Part shown: positions 1-7,021 of the stretch, one piece after another
How the letters are laid out: each line of letters starts with the position of its first letter
How positions within the stretch are numbered: the first letter of the stretch is position 1
NCBI GenBank assembly: GCA_963718915.1
Contig: CAVRAI010000015.1
Coordinates: forward strand, 900,001 to 932,000
Source: an uncultured Chloroflexia bacterium
GTDB taxonomy: Bacteria; Chloroflexota; Ktedonobacteria; Ktedonobacterales; JADMIN01
Direction of reading: 5' to 3'
Length of the DNA: 32,000 nucleotides
Notes under the pieces: generated by a model
The model's database searches: none
Told to the model about the DNA's origin: nothing
The model's input: the letters and a program-made list of their open reading frames with translations, nothing else
Program-made: the position numbers and the translations under genes

Positions 1-25
1 TGACCTTTCCTTCCGACTCTGTCAT
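1..25 (-). CDS. 5' end of a divergently transcribed gene running off the window (MTESEGKV...), product unknown
   Basis: Minus-strand ATG at 25-23, preceded by an AGGAGAGGG Shine-Dalgarno-like stretch (plus coordinates about 30-38) and by an extended -10 at 115-107. Only 8 codons are visible. Confidence 0.3.
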
Positions 26-106
26 AGGACCCTCTCCTGTGCTGAACGCCTCCACGTTTCAGTGCATCCATGCGTCAGAGTGCCAGTGGATAGTCCCGTT
101 AGCTGC

Positions 107-115
107 ATTGTAGCA
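107..115 (-). promoter_or_regulatory. Extended -10 element TGCTACAAT for the divergent gene at the left edge
   Basis: Minus strand reads TGCTACAAT, oriented toward the ATG at 25. Confidence 0.4.
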
Positions 116-153
116 GAAAAAGCGGGCAACAGTGGCCGAATGGTCGTCTGACT

Positions 154-182
154 TTGACGGGCCGCCTCTCGCATGCTACACT
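154..182 (+). promoter_or_regulatory. Sigma-70-type promoter of the parA-like gene: TTGACG-N17-TACACT with a TGc extension
   Basis: TTGACG at 154-159, 17-nt spacer, TGCTACACT at 174-182. About 60 nt upstream of the ATG at 244. Confidence 0.5.
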
Positions 183-243
183 GGCGCCCGGCGCTGGAGT
201 ATCTGGCGCGGCAGCGAGACACATCTGCCCTGGAGGATCGGTT

Positions 244-1029
244 ATGATCGCGATCTGTATCGCCAATAATAAAGGTGGCGTCGGCAAGACGACGACCGCC
301 GTCAATCTGGCCGCTGGCCTGGCGCGCCTCAATCAGCGCGTGCTGGTGATCGATCTGGATGGGCAGGCGAACGCTACCTACGCGCTGACCGGCCGGGTGC
401 ATCCCGTGCCGTCGATCTACGATGTGCTGGTTGGCACACGCCAGCTCGATACCGTCCTCTGGCAGACCAACGAAGAGAACGTCTGGCTTGTTCCCGCCGA
501 TGGCCGTCTGCAACACGCAGATGTCGAATTGGCGGCGCGTCCGGGGCGTGAGTTCCGGCTGGCGCGGGTGCTCTCCGGGCTGGACTACGACTACATCATC
601 ATCGATACGCCGCCGTCGCTTGGTGTGCTCACTCAGAACGCGCTGGCCGCCGCGACCGACGTGCTGATACCAATCGGGTTGACCGAATTCAGCGTGATCG
701 GCATGGATAAACTAGAATCCAGCATCGACGACCTGCGTGATGGACTGAATCTGCCCGACCTGGAGATTCTCGGCGTCTTTGCCACGTTCTACGAGGATAC
801 AACGACCTCACGCGAGACCTGGAGCCTGCTGGAGAAGAAGTTCGAGGGGCGGCTGCTGGAGACGCGCATTCCCAAGAACCTTGATCTGGAGAAGGCGCAC
901 CGGGCGAATGAGAGCGTCCTGAGCTACGCGCCCGCCAGCAGCGGCGGCCAGGCGTATGCGCAGCTTGCCCGCGAGGTGAAGAAGCTGGCCTCGGCTCATG
1001 CGCGTGGCCACGCGCGCCGCCACGCATAG
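244..1029 (+). CDS. parA: ParA/Soj/MinD-family P-loop ATPase (small, type Ib-like, no N-terminal HTH)
   Basis: Deviant Walker A NNKGGVGKTTT including the signature Lys; IIIDTPPSLG Walker B region. ATG at 244 is preceded by GGAGGA at 232-237. The longer ORF-track start at 154 lies inside the predicted promoter. Confidence 0.85.
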   Translation: MIAICIANNKGGVGKTTTAVNLAAGLARLNQRVLVIDLDGQANATYALTGRVHPVPSIYDVLVGTRQLDTVLWQTNEENVWLVPADGRLQHADVELAARPGREFRLARVLSGLDYDYIIIDTPPSLGVLTQNALAAATDVLIPIGLTEFSVIGMDKLESSIDDLRDGLNLPDLEILGVFATFYEDTTTSRETWSLLEKKFEGRLLETRIPKNLDLEKAHRANESVLSYAPASSGGQAYAQLAREVKKLASAHARGHARRHA

Positions 1030-1070
1030 TGAGGGTTGGGGTTCGCGTTGAAAGCGGAGTAGGGGAGATC

Positions 1071-1607
1071 ATGCCTGCCAGGCAATCGCGAAAGTCCGCG
1101 CGGAAACCGACGCCAGTGACCGCACAGACGGGTGACTCGTCTGACACCGGGGAGATGCTCAGCCCTGAAGAGTTGGCTCGCGCGTTGCGGGCGATGGCAA
1201 CCGAGCTAGAGCGCGATCCCGCGCTGGCTCGTCGAGTCGCGGGCGCGATGCGCGCGCCGGTCGTCGCTAGGCCACCAGTAATCGCGGACGTTGTGCCCGA
1301 CGCTATGGGCGAGGAGCCATCGCAACCGTCGCGGACAGCACGGCGCGCGGGCAAAGCGTTCAAACCGCGGCTGGTGGTTGGCGCTGCCCCGGAGCTCGGA
1401 ACCGGAATCCCGGATCCCTTCGCGCTGCGCGAGCAGTCGGGTGAGGATGGTCTGCGAGACGCGCTGGCGGATTTGCGGCTGGGGACATTGCGAGCCATCG
1501 TCCGGGAGCACAAGCTTGATCCGTCGGGCAAGCTGGCGGGGCAGAACGACGACGCGAAGTATCGCGCGTTGATTCTGCGGGCCACGAAGCGGGCCAAACG
1601 CGGCTGA
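1071..1607 (+). CDS. Hypothetical protein, candidate ParA partner/adaptor (not ParB-like); basic N-terminus, disordered middle, C-terminal HeH/SAP-like helix pair
   Basis: ATG at 1071 preceded by GGGGAG, 42 nt after the parA stop on the same strand. N-terminus is MPARQSRKSARKP. C-terminus LGTLRAIVREHKLDPSGKL...YRALILRATKRAKRG resembles Rho_N/HeH motifs. No ParB box or ParB-type HTH recognised. Confidence 0.55.
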   Translation: MPARQSRKSARKPTPVTAQTGDSSDTGEMLSPEELARALRAMATELERDPALARRVAGAMRAPVVARPPVIADVVPDAMGEEPSQPSRTARRAGKAFKPRLVVGAAPELGTGIPDPFALREQSGEDGLRDALADLRLGTLRAIVREHKLDPSGKLAGQNDDAKYRALILRATKRAKRG

Positions 1608-1648
1608 AGAACGCAGAAAACAAGACGATGGGTCAGTCCCGCTCGCGA

Positions 1649-1678
1649 TTGACAGGCACGAGGCCGCGCGGGTATAAT
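1649..1678 (+). promoter_or_regulatory. Consensus sigma-70 promoter of rpmH: TTGACA-N18-TATAAT
   Basis: TTGACA at 1649-1654 and TATAAT at 1673-1678, 40 nt upstream of the rpmH ATG. Confidence 0.6.
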
Positions 1679-1718
1679 AATTCAGCATATCTTGTGGAAA
1701 GGGTACGATACAACTGAT

Positions 1719-1856
1719 ATGAAGCGAACCTGGCAGCCAAAGCGCATTCCGCGGAAGCGCGAACATGGCTTTATGAAACGGATGAGCTCGAAGGCGGGAC
1801 GGAAGGTCCTCAAAGCCCGCCGTCTCAAGGGGCGCTGGCGCCTGACTGTCGTCTAA
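1719..1856 (+). CDS. rpmH: 50S ribosomal protein L34
   Basis: Own translation of a 45-codon ORF missing from the track: [45 protein letters not shown], the canonical L34 sequence. It sits directly upstream of rnpA as in most bacteria. Confidence 0.95.
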   Translation: MKRTWQPKRIPRKREHGFMKRMSSKAGRKVLKARRLKGRWRLTVV

Positions 1857-2012
1857 AGATTGGGCAGGCTCTGTGTCGAGTGCGTCTCATGCCAAACGCG
1901 CATCCGGGGTGCCGGGTCGTTTGCTGCACGAGGCGCATTTTGCGTGCTTTATAGCATCGTAGCTTGAGCGTCGTGCAATTGGCGTAGTGAACCTACACTG
2001 AACGGATGAAGC

Positions 2013-2507
2013 GTGGTGGCACAAGAGGACAGTATCTCTGCTGGCGCCCCCATGTCTGGGGATCAGCTAAAACTGCAAAGGCCACCCGAACGTACACTTT
2101 CTGGTGAGCGGCTGCGACGGATGCAACGGCTTCGTTCGCCTCGTGATTTTCAGCGGGTGCGCGCGCAAGGCAGACGTCTTTCAGGGGCGGTGCTTCTCCT
2201 GGGGTACGCCGCGCGGAATGAGGCGGACAGCTCCGGCGGCACGCGCATCGGTTTCTCGGTGAGTCGTCGTGTTGGCGGCGCGGTGGTGCGTAATCGCGTG
2301 AAGCGCAGGCTACGCGAGGTGATACGCCGAAAACTGGCGAGGATTGCTCCGGGCTATGATCTCGTGATTACGGCCCGGCCAGGCGCGGCGGACGCCCGCA
2401 TGGAAACGCTCGAACAGGATGTGACTGTATTGCTGGCGCGGGCACGACTCTTGATAATGGATACCGCTCAAGATACTCAAGACACAGATCGAGGCGCAGA
2501 GGTATGA
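2013..2507 (+). CDS. rnpA: Ribonuclease P protein component
   Basis: Motif [17 protein letters not shown]...[25 protein letters not shown] (RNase P protein RNR motif); position between rpmH and yidD. Start is uncertain: GTG 2013 or ATG 2052. Confidence 0.85.
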   Translation: MVAQEDSISAGAPMSGDQLKLQRPPERTLSGERLRRMQRLRSPRDFQRVRAQGRRLSGAVLLLGYAARNEADSSGGTRIGFSVSRRVGGAVVRNRVKRRLREVIRRKLARIAPGYDLVITARPGAADARMETLEQDVTVLLARARLLIMDTAQDTQDTDRGAEV

Positions 2508-2716
2508 AATATCTGGGGATGGGGCTGATTCGCGTGTACCAGCGGACATTTTCCGTGGTGCTACCGCCGAGTTGTCGCTTCGAGCCATCCTGTTCGCAGT
2601 ATGGCTACGAGGCAATCGAGAAGTACGGATTGTTACGGGGCGGATGGATGACGATCAAGCGCATAGGACGCTGCCAGCCATTCTATAACGGCAATCTCTA
2701 CGACCCGGTGCCGTAA
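2504..2716 (+). CDS. yidD: Membrane protein insertion efficiency factor YidD
   Basis: [53 protein letters not shown] is the YidD signature. Its ATG overlaps the rnpA stop (ATGA). Confidence 0.9.
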   Translation: MKYLGMGLIRVYQRTFSVVLPPSCRFEPSCSQYGYEAIEKYGLLRGGWMTIKRIGRCQPFYNGNLYDPVP

Positions 2717-2776
2717 TTCAAACGATACGACGATACCAGGATCGCCAGGCCGAGGCTGCGCCTGGGGCCACTTGAA

Positions 2777-2804
2777 TTGACCAGTTTGACCTGATTGATA
2801 TATG
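2777..2804 (+). promoter_or_regulatory. Candidate yidC promoter TTGACC-N16-(TGa)TATATG
   Basis: TTGACC at 2777-2782 and TGATATATG at 2796-2804, in the 144-bp yidD-yidC gap. Confidence 0.3.
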
Positions 2805-2860
2805 AGTGACGGTATCCGGACGGGGCAGAACAACCGGACGCTGCGGGGAGGATAGAGCGC

Positions 2861-4369
2861 GTGCAAGAGATTCTGAGTTTCTTTGGGACTATTTTCGGGC
2901 CGATAGGACAGGTCTTCCATTATGTCTTCTATCTGCCCGTCTATAACATCCTCATGGTCATCTATGAGGGATTGAATAATATCTTTCCCGGTGGCGCCTT
3001 CGCGATAGCCATCATTATTCTTACTTTGATGATTCGCGCCGCACTTATCCCGCTGACGCGCAAACAACTTCAATCCACCCGCAAAATGCAGTTGATTCAG
3101 CCCGAATTGAAGGCGCTCCAGCAACGTCATCGCGGCGACCCGCAAGTACTCATGGCCGAGCAGCGGCGGCTCTACAAGGAAAATGGCGTCAGCATGTATG
3201 GTGGCTGTCTGCCATTGCTGGTGCAGATGCCGTTCATCTACGCCCTCTATGGCGCCTTCCTGACCGTCATCCATGCAACCAGCGTCGCGGCAATCAATAA
3301 AGACCTCTATTCGTTTGTCCCGCATTTGACAACCTTCCCGCAGACGTGGTTTCTCTGGGCTAACCTGATCCACCCCGATCCGCTTCACATTCTGCCTGTA
3401 CTCGCGGCTCTGCTGACGTTCATCCAGTTGCGCATGGCGATGCCGGTGCGTAAGCCCCGCCAGCCGGGTGAGAACCCCGATGCGACGATGCAGGCGACGG
3501 CGACGACGCAATATATCATGCCGCTGGTCACGCTCTTCATCGGCTGGACTTTCCCCGCTGGCCTTGCGCTCTACTGGTGTATCTCGACTGGGTTTTCGGC
3601 TGCGCAGCAGTACTTCATCAATGGCAACTGGGGTTCGCTCTTCGTCGGCGTGCCGGGGATGGAGCACCTTGTTCCGCCGCCACGAGACCTCTCGCCCACC
3701 ACTACGCGCACACCAGCCACTGTCTCAGCCGTCGCGGGTGGCGGCTCCGCGCGCGCGCTGACAGCGGCAGTCACTTCAGCGCCCGAGGAGAGTGGACTGC
3801 GTGGCTGGTGGAATCGGATGAGAGATAGCATGTCTGCCGCCCAGACACAGGCAATGGAGCGCACCGAGGAGTCCCGCAAGCAGCTGGAAGCGTCCAGAGC
3901 GCAGGCAAATCAACAGGCAGCCGATGAAGGATCTGGAAGCAAGAGCGCCTCAGCGACAGCGCGCCGCCAGCGTCCATCGCGCCAGGGTCCGACGCTCGTC
4001 AAGCCGCCACAGCCAACCACTATGACCGCGCAGGCTACGCAGAGTGGTGATGAGATTGACGTGGCGATTCAGCAAGCAACCGATCAGACGGTGCTGCCGG
4101 AGCAGGAAATAGCCAGTGGAGCCAAAGGAGCCAAAGGAGCTAAAGGAGCCAACGGCGCTATGGCGGCAAAGTCCTCCAATGGAACTGGTGGGGCGAAAAT
4201 ACCAAACGGGAACGGGGCGAATGGAGCTTCAAATGGCGCGCGTGCGGGTGCGAATGGAACGCGATCCGCGACGACCAGTGGGGGCAACGGCGCGCGCAAG
4301 AGCACTGCGAAGGGTGGATCGGGGGCGCAGTCGCGCAACGGTAATGGGCGCTCCAAGAAGGGCAGGTAG
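2861..4369 (+). CDS. yidC: YidC/Oxa1-family membrane insertase, short monoderm-type core plus a roughly 240-aa low-complexity basic C-terminal tail
   Basis: Core motifs: IIILTLMIRAALIPLTRKQ, MQLIQPELKALQQRH, LYKENGV, GCLPLLVQMPF, GLALYW. There is no large periplasmic domain. The tail from about aa 263 is rich in Ala/Gly/Asn/Ser/Lys/Arg. Confidence 0.9.
   Translation: MQEILSFFGTIFGPIGQVFHYVFYLPVYNILMVIYEGLNNIFPGGAFAIAIIILTLMIRAALIPLTRKQLQSTRKMQLIQPELKALQQRHRGDPQVLMAEQRRLYKENGVSMYGGCLPLLVQMPFIYALYGAFLTVIHATSVAAINKDLYSFVPHLTTFPQTWFLWANLIHPDPLHILPVLAALLTFIQLRMAMPVRKPRQPGENPDATMQATATTQYIMPLVTLFIGWTFPAGLALYWCISTGFSAAQQYFINGNWGSLFVGVPGMEHLVPPPRDLSPTTTRTPATVSAVAGGGSARALTAAVTSAPEESGLRGWWNRMRDSMSAAQTQAMERTEESRKQLEASRAQANQQAADEGSGSKSASATARRQRPSRQGPTLVKPPQPTTMTAQATQSGDEIDVAIQQATDQTVLPEQEIASGAKGAKGAKGANGAMAAKSSNGTGGAKIPNGNGANGASNGARAGANGTRSATTSGGNGARKSTAKGGSGAQSRNGNGRSKKGR
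4118..4153 (+). repeat. In-frame 9-bp tandem repeat (GGAGCCAAA x4, slightly degenerate) encoding (GAK)3GAN in the YidC tail
   Basis: Read directly: ggagccaaa ggagccaaa ggagctaaa ggagccaac. Confidence 0.8.
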
Positions 4370-4371
4370 GC

Positions 4372-5217
4372 GTGGAGAGTGTTGAGGCCTCCGGCAAATC
4401 AATCGAGGATGCGATCATCAATGCGCTTGCTCGGTTAGGACGCAACCGGGATGAAGTGGAGATCACGGTGCTGCAACGGCCCGCACGTGGTTCGCGTGAC
4501 GCCAGCGCGCGTGAGGCACGGGTGCGCGCCACCGTCCTGCAGCAGCGCCCGGCGGCAGCTCCCGAGATGGCGGATCCCTATTTCGCCGACGACTTTGACG
4601 AAATTGCGGGCGATTTCGCGCCTGCTGAGCGCCCGCCAGATGGTGGCAGCGAGCTGGACTTTCCCCCGGCGGAGGAGCTGGAACAGCCAGAGATAACCAC
4701 CGACGCGCTCAGCGATGTCATGGCTGAAGACGCGAGCATGGAGGATATCGCCGTCGCCGCGCTCTATACCATCCTGGCGCATATGGGCGTACATGCCGGC
4801 ATTGAGGTGCATCCTGCCGAGGGTGAGGAACCGCTGGTCCTCAACATACGCGGCGCCGACGAGCGATCTTCGAGCGCGCTCAGCGTGTTGATTGGACGAC
4901 GCGGCGAGACACTGGCGGCGCTGCAACTGCTGATGCACCTGGTCGTCTCGAGGCAGGGCGACACGCGTGAACGTGTGATCGTGGATGTGGAGGGATACCG
5001 CCATCGCCGTGAGGAAAATCTCCGCTCGATGGCGCAGCGCATTGCGCAGCAGGTGCGTACCTCTGGCCGGGCTGTCATGCTGGAGGCGATGCCGCCCAAC
5101 GAGCGGCGTATCGTGCATATGGCGCTGGCCGAGTTCGACGATATCTCCACAGAGAGCGAGGGTGAGGGCGACCAGCGGCGCGTGGTGGTTTCCCTGCAAC
5201 ATAGCGCGCGGCGCTAG
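4372..5217 (+). CDS. jag: Jag/KhpB RNA-binding protein (Jag_N, KH and R3H domains)
   Basis: N-terminus VEASGKSIEDAIINALARLG (Jag_N). C-terminal R3H region LEAMPPNERRIVHMAL...ESEGEGDQRRVVV. Conserved position after yidC. GTG start 3 nt after the yidC stop. Confidence 0.85.
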   Translation: MESVEASGKSIEDAIINALARLGRNRDEVEITVLQRPARGSRDASAREARVRATVLQQRPAAAPEMADPYFADDFDEIAGDFAPAERPPDGGSELDFPPAEELEQPEITTDALSDVMAEDASMEDIAVAALYTILAHMGVHAGIEVHPAEGEEPLVLNIRGADERSSSALSVLIGRRGETLAALQLLMHLVVSRQGDTRERVIVDVEGYRHRREENLRSMAQRIAQQVRTSGRAVMLEAMPPNERRIVHMALAEFDDISTESEGEGDQRRVVVSLQHSARR

Positions 5218-5269
5218 CGACCTTGCATTTGTGGAAGCACCAAGAGTGGCTATCGTACGTCATGCGTCA

Positions 5270-6115
5270 ATGCGCCCCGATTTTCTCGCGATTGGGCATA
5301 TCACCCGCGACCTGCTGCCCGATGGAAGTTGGCGGCTGGGTGGCTCTGTCACCTATGCCGCGCTGACCGCCGTCCGCCTGGGATTGCGCGCGGCTATCGT
5401 TACCAGCGCGCCACAAGATGTGCTGGCGGCGTTGAACACTGTGCTGCCTGATATCCCTTTGAGTACTATTCCCTCCGCTGAAGCGACCACCTTCGAGAAC
5501 CACTATAGCGCACAAGGTCGCCAGCAGTATTTGCGTGGACGCGCCACGCCGCTCGCGCTTTCATCTGTGCCCGACGCCTGGAGAGACACGCCAATCGTGC
5601 TTCTGGGGCCGGTGGCGCAGGAGATTGACGCCAACATCGTGACAGCATTTTCGCAATCACTGGTTGGCGCGACGCCACAGGGTTGGCTGCGCAAGTGGGA
5701 CGTCGACGGCGCCGTCACACCCTCGCCGCTCACCAGCGCCGATACGCTGCTGCCCCACGTGCGAGCGTTGATCCTCAGTCGTGAAGATATTGGGGTATCC
5801 GCCGACACGGAAGTTGGTCGATGGGCGCGGATCGTGCCGCTCATTGCGGTCACCTGTAGCCGCGATGGCGCGTACATCTGGGAGAATGGGGTCAGGTCAG
5901 GGCTGCTCGCGGGCTATCCGGCGATTGAGGTTGACCCAACTGGGGCAGGAGATGTCTTCGCGGCGGCATTTCTCTGCGAGTTGCAGCGGACTGGCGCCGC
6001 GGCTGTCGCCATAGATTTCGCCAATCAGGTGGCTGCATGCTCGGTGGAGGCGGTGGGCGGCGAGGGCATCCCGACACGCGAGATGGTCGCCGCCCGCTGG
6101 AAGACGTCAGGTTAA
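5270..6115 (+). CDS. PfkB/ribokinase-family carbohydrate kinase
   Basis: N-terminus DFLAIGHITRD...GGSVTYAA and C-terminal DPTGAGDVFAAAF (PfkB signature 2). ATG at 5270, alternative GTG at 5246. The upstream part of the track ORF overlaps jag and is rejected. Confidence 0.7.
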   Translation: MRPDFLAIGHITRDLLPDGSWRLGGSVTYAALTAVRLGLRAAIVTSAPQDVLAALNTVLPDIPLSTIPSAEATTFENHYSAQGRQQYLRGRATPLALSSVPDAWRDTPIVLLGPVAQEIDANIVTAFSQSLVGATPQGWLRKWDVDGAVTPSPLTSADTLLPHVRALILSREDIGVSADTEVGRWARIVPLIAVTCSRDGAYIWENGVRSGLLAGYPAIEVDPTGAGDVFAAAFLCELQRTGAAAVAIDFANQVAACSVEAVGGEGIPTREMVAARWKTSG

Positions 6116-6663
6116 TCGGCCTCGGTGGCGTCTACCCCGTTGAGCAGCTCGCGCAGCACGGCAAAGCGCTCGTCAACCACCTCCTGCTTGCAGTCGCATG
6201 GCCCCTCGTTCCAATCCTTGCCGCACTGCGGGCAGAGGCCCGCGCAGTCTTCCCTGCAGAGCGCGCGCATTGGCAGCGCCAGCACCAGATTCTGGCGAAT
6301 CGCCTCGCGGGTGTCTATCTCGTGACGGCGATTGATTGGAAAAGCCAGTTCCGGGTCGTCCGGTGCGGCAACTGGGGCGCCGGTGACGACGTCGATTGTC
6401 GGATAATATTCCTCGCGAAGCGGGAACGTCAGAGCGGTATCGAACTCTTTCAGGCAGCGGGTACAGTTCATATGGACGGGCGCCGACACGTTGCCAGTGG
6501 CAAAGATACCCTGGTTGGTGCGGTGGAGACGCAGGTGTCCAGTTATTGGTCCGGCCAGTTCAACCTCGCCATCCTGTAATTCCAGTTTGTCCTCGTCGTC
6601 GAGTGCGACGTCATACGTAGTTCCGACGGGAGATTTGAGCAATTGAGCAACGTTGAAGATCAT
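6112..6663 (-). CDS. yceD: YceD/DUF177 family protein (metal-binding, ribosome-associated)
   Basis: Typical DUF177 layout: FNVAQLLKSPVGTT..., CxRCL...CxxxCxGLCPxCG Cys cluster. The ATG at 6663 is preceded by GAGGAG. Its stop overlaps the pfkB-like stop (TTAA). Confidence 0.85.
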   Translation of the reverse strand: MIFNVAQLLKSPVGTTYDVALDDEDKLELQDGEVELAGPITGHLRLHRTNQGIFATGNVSAPVHMNCTRCLKEFDTALTFPLREEYYPTIDVVTGAPVAAPDDPELAFPINRRHEIDTREAIRQNLVLALPMRALCREDCAGLCPQCGKDWNEGPCDCKQEVVDERFAVLRELLNGVDATEAD

Positions 6664-6712
6664 GGAGTACTCCTCGCGCTCCCGGTCAGGACTCACGGGA
6701 GACGCTGTTTTC

Positions 6713-6742
6713 AGTATACAACGGAGCGGGGCCGTTCTTCAA
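6713..6742 (-). promoter_or_regulatory. Candidate yceD promoter TTGAAG-N18-TATACT (minus strand)
   Basis: Plus-strand cttcaa at 6737-6742 and agtata at 6713-6718. Confidence 0.4.
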
Positions 6743-6794
6743 GCGGACGGCAATGGCTAGAGTCGGGTAAAGTAGGCAATTGGCGGCCAGGTTG

Positions 6795-6803
6795 TGGTAC
6801 ACT
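6795..6803 (+). promoter_or_regulatory. Extended -10 TGGTACACT for the tRNA gene
   Basis: Ends 10 nt before the mature tRNA 5' end at 6814. Confidence 0.5.
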
Positions 6804-6813
6804 GAGCCATGCC

Positions 6814-6885
6814 GGGCCTATAGCTCAGCGGCAGAGCGGGCGGCTCATAACCGCTTGGTCGCAGGTTCGAATCCTGCTGGGCCCA
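6814..6885 (+). tRNA. tRNA with anticodon CAT, elongator type (Met, or lysidine-dependent Ile2); CCA not encoded
   Basis: Hand-folded cloverleaf. Acceptor GGGCCUA/UGGGCCC, D stem GCUC/GAGC, anticodon stem GGCGG/CCGCU with loop CUCAUAA (CAT at 6846-6848), T arm GCAGG-UUCGAAU-CCUGC, discriminator A at 6885 followed by CCT. The 1-72 pair is G-C, so it is not an initiator. Confidence 0.9.
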
Positions 6886-6935
6886 CCTGTGTTCAATCGA
6901 AACGGAAAACCCGGTATGAATCTGGCAACATCCGT

Positions 6936-6966
6936 GGCGGGGTGACTATAACGCGGTCGCCCCGCC
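6936..6966 (+). terminator. GC-rich hairpin downstream of the tRNA (GGCGGGG-17 nt-CCCCGCC), no U tract
   Basis: Inverted repeat read directly. The absence of a T run makes intrinsic-terminator function uncertain. Confidence 0.25.
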
Positions 6967-7021
6967 GCACTGTGTCTGTCGGGTTACGCGTTACAGCAAT
7001 AGAACGTATGGAGCGAGACAT

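Noticed and set aside
154-243. Upstream extension of the parA ORF (start 154), and the GTG 1029 start of the partner ORF
   Set aside because: The extension would begin inside the predicted -35/-10 promoter, and ATG 244 has a GGAGGA RBS. For the partner ORF, ATG 1071 has a GGGGAG RBS while GTG 1029 overlaps the parA stop with no RBS.
689-1597. Long antisense or off-frame ORFs throughout the track (for example 689-1597-, 2633-3667-, 6893-7906-, 13745-14548-, 18034-18867-, 19364-20296+, 27660-29039-)
   Set aside because: They lie opposite or out of frame to genes with clear family signatures. They encode Arg/Ala/Pro/Ser-rich low-complexity sequences typical of stop-poor frames in GC-rich DNA, and they lack RBS or promoter support.
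1-2012. oriC or a DnaA-box cluster near the rpmH/parA region; a parS site
   Set aside because: Only 2-mismatch DnaA-box-like 9-mers were seen (AGTGGATAG at about 92-100, TGTGGAAAG at about 1693-1701). There is no AT-rich unwinding element. CCACGTTTCAG near position 52 is not the TGTTTCACGTGAAACA parS palindrome.
5347-5352. Additional TGTCAC hexamers (5347-5352 plus strand, 8703-8708 minus strand) as ECF promoter candidates
   Set aside because: Both are inside the coding sequences of the PfkB and thiolase genes, without a gene start downstream. They show that the hexamer alone is not diagnostic.
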